Shown: positions 29,605 to 39,628, counted from the first letter of the stretch. The stretch is DNA of 64,000 bases from Candidatus Omnitrophota bacterium (GCA_003141835.1 PLNR01000007.1:3639-67638), one strand, 5' to 3'. The notes: generated from the sequence alone by a model not told the origin. Numbers and translations: made by a program.

Positions 29605-30465
29605 TTGGCAGCTACACAGACAATAAAACAGTTACTTGAAGCGGGAGTCCACTTCGGCCACCAGAAGAAGCGCTGGAACCCCAAGATGAAGAAGTTCATC
29701 TTCGGAGAGAAGAATGGGATCTACATAATCGACCTGGAGAAGACCGAAAAGGCGCTGGAGAAGGCGCTCGGATTTTTGAGGGATATAGCCTCAAAAGGCG
29801 ATATAGTCCTGTTCGTGGGGACGAAGAAACAGGCGAAAGACGTCATGAAGGAAGAAGCGCTGCGCAGCGGCATGTTCTACGTGACCGAGCGCTGGCTGGG
29901 CGGGATGCTCACCAACTTCGCGACCTTAAAAAAATCGATAAAAAGGCATAAAGATATCACCCGCATGAGGGAAGACGGCACCATGGAGAAGCTTTCCAAG
30001 AAAGAAGTGGCAAAGCTTACTAAGGAGCAGGCGAAACTCAACCGAAACCTCGAGGGCGTGCTCGATATGGGCAAGGTTCCGGCCGCCATCTTCATAGTCG
30101 ACTCGAAGAAAGAGGAGATAGCCGTCGCCGAAGCAAACAAACTCGGACTTGCGATAATCGGGCTCATAGATACCAACTGCGACCCGGACAAGATAGATTA
30201 CCCGATACCGGGCAACGACGACGCCATACGCTCGATAAAGCTTATTTCGGGCATGGTATCGGACGCGATCATGCAAGGCAGGAAGGCTTTTCTTGACGGC
30301 AAAGCCGCGGAAGAAGCAAGGGCCGCAGCCGAAGCCGGCGAAGAAGAGAAGGTAGTCGTGGATGAAGACGCGGTAGAGGAACTCAAGAAGAAGGTCCTTA
30401 AAGGCAAGAAGACCGCTGAAGAAGAAGCAGTAGCGAAGAAAACCAAAAAAACAACGAAAGTCTAG
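29605..30465 (+). CDS. rpsB: 30S ribosomal protein S2
   Basis: [39 protein letters not shown]; TTG start after AGGAGG. Confidence 0.98.
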   Translation: MAATQTIKQLLEAGVHFGHQKKRWNPKMKKFIFGEKNGIYIIDLEKTEKALEKALGFLRDIASKGDIVLFVGTKKQAKDVMKEEALRSGMFYVTERWLGGMLTNFATLKKSIKRHKDITRMREDGTMEKLSKKEVAKLTKEQAKLNRNLEGVLDMGKVPAAIFIVDSKKEEIAVAEANKLGLAIIGLIDTNCDPDKIDYPIPGNDDAIRSIKLISGMVSDAIMQGRKAFLDGKAAEEARAAAEAGEEEKVVVDEDAVEELKKKVLKGKKTAEEEAVAKKTKKTTKV

Positions 30466-30469
30466 ATAA

Positions 30470-31715
<1,246 letters not shown>

Positions 31716-31733
31716 AAAGGAGGCGAGGACCGG

Positions 31734-32309
31734 ATGGATTTCGAAGGCCATACCATTAAAGAGATCCTTATCGACGCGGAAGCGAGGATGAGGAAGAGCG
31801 CGGAAGTGCTGGCGCATGAATTTTCTACCGTGCGCACCGGCCGCGCGACACCATCGCTCGTCGACGGAATAAAGGTGGATTATTTTGGTGTCCCGACACC
31901 GCTGAAATCGCTGGCCGCGATATCGACGCCGGACGCAAAACTTATAGTCATCCAGCCGTGGGACGCGTCGATCTGCGGCGAGATCGAGAAAGCTATCCAG
32001 AAATCGGACCTCGGCATCACGCCGGTAAACGACGGCAAGCTCGTGCGCCTGCAGATACCCGACCTTTCGAAAGAGCGCCGCAACGAGCTGGCAAAAGTGG
32101 TCAAAAAGATGACCGAGGACGGCAGGATATCGGTCAGGAACATCCGCCACGCCGCGATAGAGCATATCAAGAAGATCGAAAAAGACAAAGTCATCACCGA
32201 AGACGAGAAGTTCACCGGCCAGGACGCCATCCAGAAGCTGACCGACAAGTATATCGCCAAAGTCGAAGAACTCTTGGCGGCCAAAGATAAAGAGATAACA
32301 GAGATTTAA
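31734..32309 (+). CDS. frr: ribosome recycling factor
   Basis: RTGRA, IQPWD, DLGITP.NDG, RNIR, IQKLTD. Confidence 0.96.
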   Translation: MDFEGHTIKEILIDAEARMRKSAEVLAHEFSTVRTGRATPSLVDGIKVDYFGVPTPLKSLAAISTPDAKLIVIQPWDASICGEIEKAIQKSDLGITPVNDGKLVRLQIPDLSKERRNELAKVVKKMTEDGRISVRNIRHAAIEHIKKIEKDKVITEDEKFTGQDAIQKLTDKYIAKVEELLAAKDKEITEI

Positions 32310-32313
32310 AAGT

Positions 32314-32389
32314 GAGCCGCTAGCTCATCCGGTAGAGCAACGGCCTTTTAAGCCGTGGGTGCTGAGTTCAAGTCTCAGGCGGCTCACCA
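32314..32389 (+). tRNA. tRNA-Lys(TTT)
   Basis: Acceptor GAGCCGC/GCGGCTC, anticodon arm ACGGC-CTTTTAA-GCCGT, TTCAAGT T-loop, encoded CCA. Confidence 0.95.
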
Positions 32390-32402
32390 TTTATTTAATA
32401 CG

Positions 32403-33686
32403 ATGCTCGACCTAAAATTCATAAGAGATAACCCAGAAAAGGTAAAGAAAGCCTGCGAGAACCGCGGCAAACCCGCGGATATCGACGGCCTGCTTGCGCT
32501 TGACGAAAAACGCCGCAGATCCCTCAAGGAGACCGAGGATATAAAACGCAGCAAGAATATCGCCTCCGACGAGATCGCGAAGCTCATGCGCGAGAAGAAG
32601 GATGCTAAAGGCAAGATCGCCGAGATGAAGGCGATATCCGAAAAAGAGAAATCTCTCGACGAGGAGATAAGGGCGGTAGAGAAAGAGATCCAGGCGGCGT
32701 TATATAATATCCCGAACATCCCGCACGAGTCTGTGCCTGTCGGCAAGGACGCCTCTGCAAATAAGATCGTAAAGACGTGGGGCAAGGAGAAAAAACTCGA
32801 TTTTAAGCCGCTAACGCATATCGAGATCGGCGAATATCTCGATATCCTGGATTTCCCGCGCGCCGCGAAGATATCAGGGAGCAATTTCCCGCTTTTTAAA
32901 GGCGACGGCGCGAAACTTGAGCGTTCTTTGATAAATTTTATGCTGGACCTCCACACGAAGGAGCACGGGTACAGGGAGATATTCCCGCCATTTTTGGTCA
33001 ACCGCGCCGCGATGACCGGCACCGGACAGCTCCCGAAATTCGAGGAGGATATGTACCGGCTGAAAGACGAGGACCTCTTTCTTGTCCCGACCGCCGAGGT
33101 GCCCCTAACGAACCTCCATATGAACGAGATACTCGACGGGGAAACCCTCCCGGTCTATTACACGGGCTATACGGCGTGTTTCAGGCGCGAGGCCGGCTCT
33201 TACGGCAAGGATACCAAGGGCTTGATGCGCGTCCACCAATTCGACAAGGTCGAGCTGGTGAAATTCGTGAAACCCGGCACATCCTATGATGAGCTCGAAA
33301 AACTCGTCGGGAACGCCGAAAAGGTCCTCCAGAAACTCGACCTGCAATACAGGATCGTCGCGTTATCTACCGGCGACTTAAGCTTCTCGGCCGCGAAATG
33401 CTATGATTTTGAGGCGTACGCGCCCGGTGTCAACGCCTGGCTTGAAGTCTCGAGCTGCTCCAATTTCGAGGATTTCCAGGCGAGGCGCGCCAACATAAAA
33501 TTCCGCTCCAAGGATACGGGTAAGTCTGAATATGTCCATACGTTGAACGGCTCGGGCGTGGCAATGGCGCGCACGGTCATCGCAATACTCGAGAATTACC
33601 AGAACAAGGACGGCAGCGTGACTATCCCGGAAGTTCTCCGCCCGTATATGGACGGAAGAGACAAAATAGTCCCGCCGAAAAAATAA
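32403..33686 (+). CDS. serS: serine--tRNA ligase
   Basis: MLDLKFIR start at 32403, IPNIPH, TGQLPKF, PTAEVP, FRREAGS, HQFDKVE, HTLNGSG. Confidence 0.98.
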   Translation: MLDLKFIRDNPEKVKKACENRGKPADIDGLLALDEKRRRSLKETEDIKRSKNIASDEIAKLMREKKDAKGKIAEMKAISEKEKSLDEEIRAVEKEIQAALYNIPNIPHESVPVGKDASANKIVKTWGKEKKLDFKPLTHIEIGEYLDILDFPRAAKISGSNFPLFKGDGAKLERSLINFMLDLHTKEHGYREIFPPFLVNRAAMTGTGQLPKFEEDMYRLKDEDLFLVPTAEVPLTNLHMNEILDGETLPVYYTGYTACFRREAGSYGKDTKGLMRVHQFDKVELVKFVKPGTSYDELEKLVGNAEKVLQKLDLQYRIVALSTGDLSFSAAKCYDFEAYAPGVNAWLEVSSCSNFEDFQARRANIKFRSKDTGKSEYVHTLNGSGVAMARTVIAILENYQNKDGSVTIPEVLRPYMDGRDKIVPPKK

Positions 33687-34357
33687 TGGGCCGCATCACA
33701 AAATTCATCGTCGCGATCCTGGCCATACCTTTCGTAATCTCCGCCTCTTATTCGCTTTACCACGAGATAGGGAAGATCTATTCCGTCGACAACAACCAGT
33801 GGTATTTCCTCCTCGGCATAGTCGTCTACCTGATAATTCACACCGTGCTTTTCAAGCCGAATATCGTCTATATCTTCGGCCACGAGCTGACGCACGCGCT
33901 GGCGATGTTCCTCTCGGCCGGCAAGGTCAAGAGTTTCAAGGTCTCGAAGAAGGGCGGGGAGGTGAAGGGGACGAAGGCCAACCTGTTCATCAGCCTGGCT
34001 CCGTATTTCTTCCCCACGTATACCCTGGTGATCATCCTCATCTGGCACATCGCCAGGCAGATCTGGGACATAAAGGATTTTATCGGAGTATTCCTCTTCG
34101 CGGTCGGGCTGACGCTGACTTTCCATTTCGTCATGACCGTAGAGTTCCTGAAGACAAAACAACCCGACCTGGTCAAGAGCGGTTATCTTTTTTCGATAGT
34201 CCTGATATACCTGATAAATTTGAGCATCGCGGCGCTGATACTGAATTTTGTATTTTTCGATTTCTCGTTCAAGAATTATGCGATAAACGCTTACGAGGTG
34301 GCGAGGGATATCTACCTCTGGCTCTTCCGGCAGATGTTTTCCTTGAGGCGAGCGTAA
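33686..34357 (+). CDS. membrane protein with HExxH motif (peptidase M50-like)
   Basis: Several TM segments, GHELTHA, ISLAPYFFP. Confidence 0.7.
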   Translation: MGRITKFIVAILAIPFVISASYSLYHEIGKIYSVDNNQWYFLLGIVVYLIIHTVLFKPNIVYIFGHELTHALAMFLSAGKVKSFKVSKKGGEVKGTKANLFISLAPYFFPTYTLVIILIWHIARQIWDIKDFIGVFLFAVGLTLTFHFVMTVEFLKTKQPDLVKSGYLFSIVLIYLINLSIAALILNFVFFDFSFKNYAINAYEVARDIYLWLFRQMFSLRRA

Positions 34358-34388
34358 GCTATATGATATAGTTGGATAGATCGAACGA

Positions 34389-34472
34389 GATCCCACGGGA
34401 TATGCCCGTGGAAAGCGTGAGATACTTTTGGATATGCCCGAGCATCTATCCCGCGGGATATACCCGCGGGAT
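34389..34472. repeat. two related GC-rich hairpins upstream of tRNA-Ser(TGA)
   Basis: CCACGGG-ATATG-CCCGTGG (within 34389-34412) and ATCCCGCGGG-ATATA-CCCGCGGGAT (34448-34472); related copy at 63763-63786. Confidence 0.7.
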
Positions 34473-34502
34473 CCTGCTCGCTACCACCAAAATAGAGCGA
34501 GC

Positions 34503-34593
34503 GGAGAGGTGGCTGAGCGGTTGAAAGCGGCAGTCTTGAAAACTGTTGAGGGTGTTATGCCCTCCCCGAGTTCGAATCTCGGCCTCTCCGCCA
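34503..34593 (+). tRNA. tRNA-Ser(TGA)
   Basis: GGAGAGG/CCTCTCC acceptor, GCAGT-CTTGAAA-ACTGT anticodon arm, long variable arm, GCCA end. Confidence 0.96.
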
Positions 34594-34624
34594 TTTATTA
34601 CTTTAAATATAGGACAGTAACGAG

Positions 34625-35830
34625 ATGAAAAATCTAAATTGTGCAGGGGTTTTGGTCGCGGGAGTGGTCGTTGCCGCCCTGTTTATCGGCGGATGCGGTC
34701 CCGGCCCGTCCCTTTCGAAGACCCTGGAAACCGGATGGCAGGCGTATAAAAGTGATAAGCCTAATTTTAACGGCGGGCTTGCCATGCAGATACTTTCGCC
34801 TAAGAGAAACTATTTTATATCGACAGGCATGGGCGATGTCACTAACGCCTGCCATTTCCGCATAGCGAGCGTCACCAAAACATTTACCGCCGCCGGGATC
34901 ATGCTGCTTAACCAAAAGGGATTGCTTAACATCAACGATAAGATAACGGATAATATCCCGGGCACGAACATCCCTTATTTGCCCGATGCTGCTGCGTATG
35001 ACGTCCCTTATAAAAAAGATATTACGATCAGGATGCTCCTTATGCACCGCGCCGGCATATTCGATATAACCAATAATGATATACCTGATAATAAGTTCTC
35101 CCGCGGCCGTCCGTATGCAGGCAAGGATTATCTCGGCTATATGCTGGGCATAGACGAAAGGCACACTTTTACATTTGACGAATTAGTCGGTATTGATGCC
35201 AAAAACCAATTATCTTTTTTTGAGCCGGGTTCGGCTTACCACTATTCCGATACGGGATATTCGATGCTCGGCAAGATCATCGAGAGGGTCTCCGGAAAGA
35301 CATATGCCGATTTCGTCAAAGAAGAGCTTTTGGTCCCGAATGGCCTTAATGATACCAGCGTCCCGTGGGAAGGTTCGGACCGGGCATTGCCCAAGCCTTT
35401 TGTAAAAGGGTATGTATGGATTAACAGCGCCGTCAAAGACGTCACCGAATCGAATATGTCGCCGCACGTAGCCGAGGGGAACATAACCTCGACTCCCATC
35501 GACCTCGCCAACTGGGGCAAGAAATTGCTGAAGGGAGAGGCCGGTCTCACAAAAACGACCGTTGAGATGATGAAGGCGGAAACGGGCAGGGGGAGCGCAA
35601 AGGCCTCCAGCTACGGCCTCGGGATTTTTTATATTCCCGGGTTCGGCTACGGCCACAACGGCGCCCATGAAGGATATTTGACATATATGGCCTATAATCC
35701 CAAGACGGATGTCGCGATTGTCATGTTCACTAATGCGTGGGACCTGCACAAGGGCTTGGAATCGATAAAGGCCGAATTGGACGTCATGACAAAGATAGCC
35801 GGCGACGTCATGAAAAAGATAGGCTATTGA
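34625..35830 (+). CDS. serine hydrolase, beta-lactamase/AmpC-like family, probable lipoprotein
   Basis: FRIASVTK (SxxK), LLMHRAG, YSDTGY, GHNG; hydrophobic N-terminus with IGGC lipobox. Confidence 0.88.
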   Translation: MKNLNCAGVLVAGVVVAALFIGGCGPGPSLSKTLETGWQAYKSDKPNFNGGLAMQILSPKRNYFISTGMGDVTNACHFRIASVTKTFTAAGIMLLNQKGLLNINDKITDNIPGTNIPYLPDAAAYDVPYKKDITIRMLLMHRAGIFDITNNDIPDNKFSRGRPYAGKDYLGYMLGIDERHTFTFDELVGIDAKNQLSFFEPGSAYHYSDTGYSMLGKIIERVSGKTYADFVKEELLVPNGLNDTSVPWEGSDRALPKPFVKGYVWINSAVKDVTESNMSPHVAEGNITSTPIDLANWGKKLLKGEAGLTKTTVEMMKAETGRGSAKASSYGLGIFYIPGFGYGHNGAHEGYLTYMAYNPKTDVAIVMFTNAWDLHKGLESIKAELDVMTKIAGDVMKKIGY

Positions 35831-35842
35831 AATAGAGCGAGC

Positions 35843-35932
35843 GGAGAGTTGGCAGAGCGGTCGAATGCGGCGGTCTCGAAAACCGTTGTCGACGTAAGTC
35901 GACCGGAGGTTCGAATCCTCCACTCTCCGCCA
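35843..35932 (+). tRNA. tRNA-Ser(CGA)
   Basis: GGAGAGT/ACTCTCC acceptor, GCGGT-CTCGAAA-ACCGT anticodon arm, GTCGAC variable arm, GCCA end. Confidence 0.96.
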
Positions 35933-36116
35933 TTTTTTCACGACAAGTGAAAAAATGGCGGATGCTGCAACGAGCGTAGCGAGGCGACAAGCCGAGCAGC
36001 GAGTACGGCGCCGCCCCCAAGATTTAACGCAACTTATTGAGGGATCGGTAAGTTGCGTTTGTTTTTATATGTAGGCGCTTGCTTCCATTTGCTGTTAGTA
36101 GCGCCTAATAATTTAC

Positions 36117-36159
36117 TTGACAAGAAAGAAGCCGCAATATATAATTGGCATATGCCAAT
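36117..36159 (+). promoter_or_regulatory. consensus sigma70 promoter with overlapping palindromic operator
   Basis: TTGACA-17 nt-TATAAT (36117-36145); perfect palindrome ATTGGCATATGCCAAT (36144-36159). Confidence 0.8.
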
Positions 36160-36176
36160 AACTAAAGAGGAGATAT

Positions 36177-36473
36177 ATGACTAGGCCATGCAGATGCAGG
36201 AAAATAAGATGCAGCCCGGGTACGAATTACTTCAAGCCTCGAGGCATCCCTCTGGATATGTTAGAAGAGGTGAACCTTACTTTGGATGAGTTGGAAGCGG
36301 TAAGGCTCGCGGATATGGAAGGGCTGTACCAGGAAGATGCAGCGAAGAAGATGGATGTCTCCCGGCAGACCTTCGGCAATATCATTAATTTAGCCCATAA
36401 AAAAATAGCGGACGCTCTTTTAAATGCCAAGGCGTTGAAGATCGAAGGCGGAACAGTGAGAAAGGTACGTTAA
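36177..36473 (+). CDS. DUF134 family HTH DNA-binding protein
   Basis: MTRP..CR, YFKPRGIP, DELEAVRLAD.EGLYQE.AA..M.VSRQTF, AHKKIADAL. Confidence 0.9.
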   Translation: MTRPCRCRKIRCSPGTNYFKPRGIPLDMLEEVNLTLDELEAVRLADMEGLYQEDAAKKMDVSRQTFGNIINLAHKKIADALLNAKALKIEGGTVRKVR

Positions 36474-37070
36474 ATGGAAGGCTTGACAAAACAGGACCGG
36501 GACAGATTGAAACTGTTCAAGAAATACGGCTATGACATCCCGAAAGCAAGGGGTTTTATCCTCAGGAAGGCCGGGTTAGACAAAGGCAGTATTTTAGAGA
36601 TCGGCACCGGAAGGGGGCATATGGCCATTGCCTTAGCGAAAAAGGGCTTTAGGGTGGTATCAATAGACCTGGATAATGATGCGCAAAAGGCTGCCGGATC
36701 AAATCTCAAGGCTCTCGGGCTTGATAAGCTAGTGACCCTGAAAATAATGGATGCCGGAGTCTTGAAATTTAAAGACAGTTCTTTTGAAAATGCGATCTCG
36801 GTCAATTTTCTTCATCACGCGAAAGCCCCGGTCAAATGCCTTAAAGAGATGGCCAGGGTATCTGGAAATAAGCTGGTAATCGCGGATTTCAACCGGAAGG
36901 GTGAACGGATAGCGGAAAAGATACACGGGATGGAAGGCCATACACATCCGCGCTCTAGATTGTCTCCGGGTTCAATAGCGGCATTATTAAGGAAGTTGGG
37001 CATGAATGTAATTAAACACAATGACAGCTGTCAGTATGTTCTGATAGCAACGAAAGGAGAAACAAAATGA
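36474..37070 (+). CDS. class I SAM-dependent methyltransferase
   Basis: ILEIGTGRG motif I, MDA, FLHH, LVIADF. Confidence 0.85.
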   Translation: MEGLTKQDRDRLKLFKKYGYDIPKARGFILRKAGLDKGSILEIGTGRGHMAIALAKKGFRVVSIDLDNDAQKAAGSNLKALGLDKLVTLKIMDAGVLKFKDSSFENAISVNFLHHAKAPVKCLKEMARVSGNKLVIADFNRKGERIAEKIHGMEGHTHPRSRLSPGSIAALLRKLGMNVIKHNDSCQYVLIATKGETK

Positions 37071-37432
37071 GGATATGCATACCTACGGAAACAAATGAAG
37101 GTAAAACCGCAAAGACGTTCGGTCATTTCGGCAGCGCGCCGTATTTTACCATCGTTGATACGGAGAAAGATACCGTAGAGATCATTGACAATGAAAATCA
37201 GCACCATGCGCACGGTATGTGCCAGCCAATGAATGCTTTAATTGGTAAGAAGATTGACGCAGTGGTTACCGGCGGAATGGGCGGCCGTGTGGTTCAAAAG
37301 CTAAACGAGGGCGGGATCAAGGCTTATCGGGCTATTCAGGGAACAGTCGCAGATATTGTCAGCCAGTTCGCCAAAGGCGGGCTCGAGGAGATAACTGTTC
37401 AGAATGCCTGCGCGCAGCACGGGTGCCATTAA
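37067..37432 (+). CDS. NifB/NifX-family (FeMo-cofactor-binding domain) protein
   Basis: ICIPT, HFGSAPYF, HAHGMC, GGMG. Confidence 0.88.
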   Translation: MRICIPTETNEGKTAKTFGHFGSAPYFTIVDTEKDTVEIIDNENQHHAHGMCQPMNALIGKKIDAVVTGGMGGRVVQKLNEGGIKAYRAIQGTVADIVSQFAKGGLEEITVQNACAQHGCH

Positions 37433-37434
37433 AG

Positions 37435-37623
37435 ATGAATAAAATTGTCATCATTGATGAGGAAAAATGTATTGGTTGCGGCGCATGCGTTAAATTGTGT
37501 CCGAGGAAAATTTTGTTTATTGACGGCTCAAGTAACAAGTGTGGGGTGAGCGATGAATCAAAATGCGATCGCCGTCGCGGGTGCGAGAAAGTTTGTCCGG
37601 TGGAAGCTATAAAGATTAGCTGA
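37435..37623 (+). CDS. 4Fe-4S dicluster ferredoxin
   Basis: CIGCGACVKLCP and CDRRRGCEKVCP (second cluster motif degenerate). Confidence 0.85.
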   Translation: MNKIVIIDEEKCIGCGACVKLCPRKILFIDGSSNKCGVSDESKCDRRRGCEKVCPVEAIKIS

Positions 37624-37624
37624 C

Positions 37625-37649
37625 AAAACTGTACGATTCCTGTATAGCG
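37625..37649. repeat. islet right-end motif, copy 1 (11-bp-spaced CTGTA repeats)
   Basis: AAAACTGTACGATTCCTGTATAGCG; 24/25 identical to 44892-44916. Confidence 0.8.
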
Positions 37650-37761
37650 AGCAGCTTGTATTAACGTAATTTATTTATTATAATGACGTTGGAAGCGGAG
37701 ATGTTCTGCTCCTCCACTCTCCGCCAGAGATTCGTTACTATAAAGAGAACCCATTCCTATA

Positions 37762-39507
37762 ATGCAGCCCAATCCACAAAAACCATCCCATAGGCAACTC
37801 ATCTTTAATATATCTGCGGTAATTATCCTCTGTTGCGTGGGCACTATCATCTACTCCAACACCTTCCACAGCCCGTTTCAATTTGACGACACCCCTTCAA
37901 TCGTGGATAATTACGTCATAAGAAATATCTTGAATCTGCAAGCTATCTGGAAATGCTGGGCCAGTCGTTTTATAACTTTTTTTACCTTCGCTCTTAATTA
38001 TCATTTTGACGGGCTTCACGTATTCAGTTACCATCTGGTCAACCTTATCATCCATTTAATTTCAGGCCTAACGGCCTTCTGGCTTATAACCCTTCTTCTC
38101 TCCACGCCGGAGATGAAAAAGGATAAGATCACCAAGCATGCAAACCTGATAGCCTTCCTCGCGGCTTTGATATTCTTAAGCCATCCCATTCAGACCGAGT
38201 CCGTCACATATATATTCCAGAGGTCAAGTTCTCTTGCCGGATTTTTTTATCTATTTTGCCTTTGTATATATACCAAGTCGAGGCAACTGAGAGCAGATGG
38301 CAATCCGTTATCAAGGTGGGGCTTTTTGTATTTATTCTCCTGGTTCTTAGGGATATTCGCCATGTTAACAAAAGAGAATACGTCTACCCTCCCTTTGATG
38401 GTTATCTTATTGGAGATCTATTTTTTTAAGGCGGATAAACCCATAAGATGGAAGTACATCTTTCCACTTTTGATTTTATTGCCGCTTGTGCCTCTATTGT
38501 TGCTCTATACCAGGCCGGTCACCTTTTCCGATGTGCAGACACTGATGAACTCGCCCTTAGACAAAGGGATAAGTTATCTCTTAACCCAGCCCAGAGTCCT
38601 GCTAACCTATATAAGGCTTCTGCTTATTCCCGTTAATCAAAATCTCGATTACGACTACCCTATTACGAAGAGCTTGTTGGAATTGCCCAGCCTATTAAGC
38701 ATTTTAGTCTTAGCTTTTATTCTGATAAGCGCGGTCAAGCTATTTCGCCGGCAACGGCTTATCTCCTTTGGTGTCGCTTGGTTCTTCTTGACCCTTCTGC
38801 CCGAATCGAGCATTATCCCGCTTAATGACGTAATCTTCGAGCACAGGCTATACTTGCCGCTTTTTGGTTATAGCCTTTTTCTTGTGAGCATTGCCTATTA
38901 CCTCTTCGGGAAGGAGTTCTTCAAGGTGATGGTTTCAATGCTGCTTGTGATAGTAGCCTGTTATTCGATTTTGGCCTACAACAGGAACCTCGCCTGGAAA
39001 GACGAGCTTACTTTATGGAACGATGCGGTTCTTAAATCCCCCCAAAAAGCAAGACCTTACAACAACCGCGGGCTTGCCTATTTCGATAAAGGCAACCTTG
39101 GCCAGGCCATCTCTGACTACAACAAAGCCATAGGGATTGATCCCAACCATGCTTTGGCCTACATCAACCGTGGCAATGCCTATTCCAACGAAGGCAACCT
39201 TGGCCAGGCCATCTCTGACTACAACAAAGCCATAGAGATCAACCCTAACCTTGCAGAGGCCTACTACAACCGTGGCAATGCCTATTCCAACAAAGGCAAC
39301 CTTGGCCAGGCCATCTCCGACTACAACAAAGCCATAGAGATCAACCCTAACCTTGCTTTGGCCTATAACAACCGCGGGCTTGCCTATTTTAACAAGAAGG
39401 ACTATGATAAAACTTGGAAAGACGTGCATAAAGCCGAAGGACTAGGATACAAGGTTAATCCCCAATTTCTTGCTGAACTAAAGAAGGTCTCAGGAAGAGA
39501 AAAGTAA
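37762..39507 (+). CDS. TMTC-like GT-C membrane glycosyltransferase with TPR repeats
   Basis: FQFDD, YHLVNLIIH, HPIQTESVTYI.QR, KEN, EHRLYLP, RN..W; C-terminal TPRs. Confidence 0.85.
   Translation: MQPNPQKPSHRQLIFNISAVIILCCVGTIIYSNTFHSPFQFDDTPSIVDNYVIRNILNLQAIWKCWASRFITFFTFALNYHFDGLHVFSYHLVNLIIHLISGLTAFWLITLLLSTPEMKKDKITKHANLIAFLAALIFLSHPIQTESVTYIFQRSSSLAGFFYLFCLCIYTKSRQLRADGNPLSRWGFLYLFSWFLGIFAMLTKENTSTLPLMVILLEIYFFKADKPIRWKYIFPLLILLPLVPLLLLYTRPVTFSDVQTLMNSPLDKGISYLLTQPRVLLTYIRLLLIPVNQNLDYDYPITKSLLELPSLLSILVLAFILISAVKLFRRQRLISFGVAWFFLTLLPESSIIPLNDVIFEHRLYLPLFGYSLFLVSIAYYLFGKEFFKVMVSMLLVIVACYSILAYNRNLAWKDELTLWNDAVLKSPQKARPYNNRGLAYFDKGNLGQAISDYNKAIGIDPNHALAYINRGNAYSNEGNLGQAISDYNKAIEINPNLAEAYYNRGNAYSNKGNLGQAISDYNKAIEINPNLALAYNNRGLAYFNKKDYDKTWKDVHKAEGLGYKVNPQFLAELKKVSGREK
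39058..39390 (+). repeat. 102-bp intragenic tandem repeat (TPR units, about 3.3 copies)
   Basis: GGCAACCTTGGCCAGGCCATCTC.GACTACAACAAAGCCATAG at 39091, 39193, 39295. Confidence 0.9.
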
Positions 39508-39590
39508 AATATTCTTGTGCCCAAACAGTGCCCGCCTAAAGCGAAAACGCATCATAATGCATCACAATAGACGAAAACTGTATAGTTGAA

Positions 39591-39628
39591 AAAAGTCTAT
39601 TTGATGGATATTTGGTAGTATAATTAAA
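39591..39628 (+). promoter_or_regulatory. duplicated promoter element, copy 1
   Basis: AAAAGTCTATTTGATGGATATTTGGTAGTATAATTAAA; 34/38 identical to 42301-42338; contains TATAAT. Confidence 0.7.

Larger units (their letters stand above)
35916..37726. mobile_element. integrase-less genomic islet at tRNA-Ser(CGA), bounded by a 17-bp att duplication
   Basis: TCCTCCACTCTCCGCCA at 35916-35932 (tRNA 3' end) and again at 37710-37726. Confidence 0.75.

Noticed and set aside
32355-32402. ORF-track N-terminal extensions of serS, tadA, glyA, gdhA, yajQ and autotransporter 2
   Set aside because: They overlap tRNAs, upstream genes or regulatory hairpins; downstream starts match family N-termini and RBS positions
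37629-37647. LexA SOS box reading of CTGTAC-N7-GTATAG
   Set aside because: Spacing does not fit CTGT-N8-ACAG and the motif sits at gene 3' ends and module boundaries rather than at promoters of repair genes
39058-39390. CRISPR array
   Set aside because: The repeats are in-frame 102-bp TPR coding units with no unique spacers, and there are no cas genes
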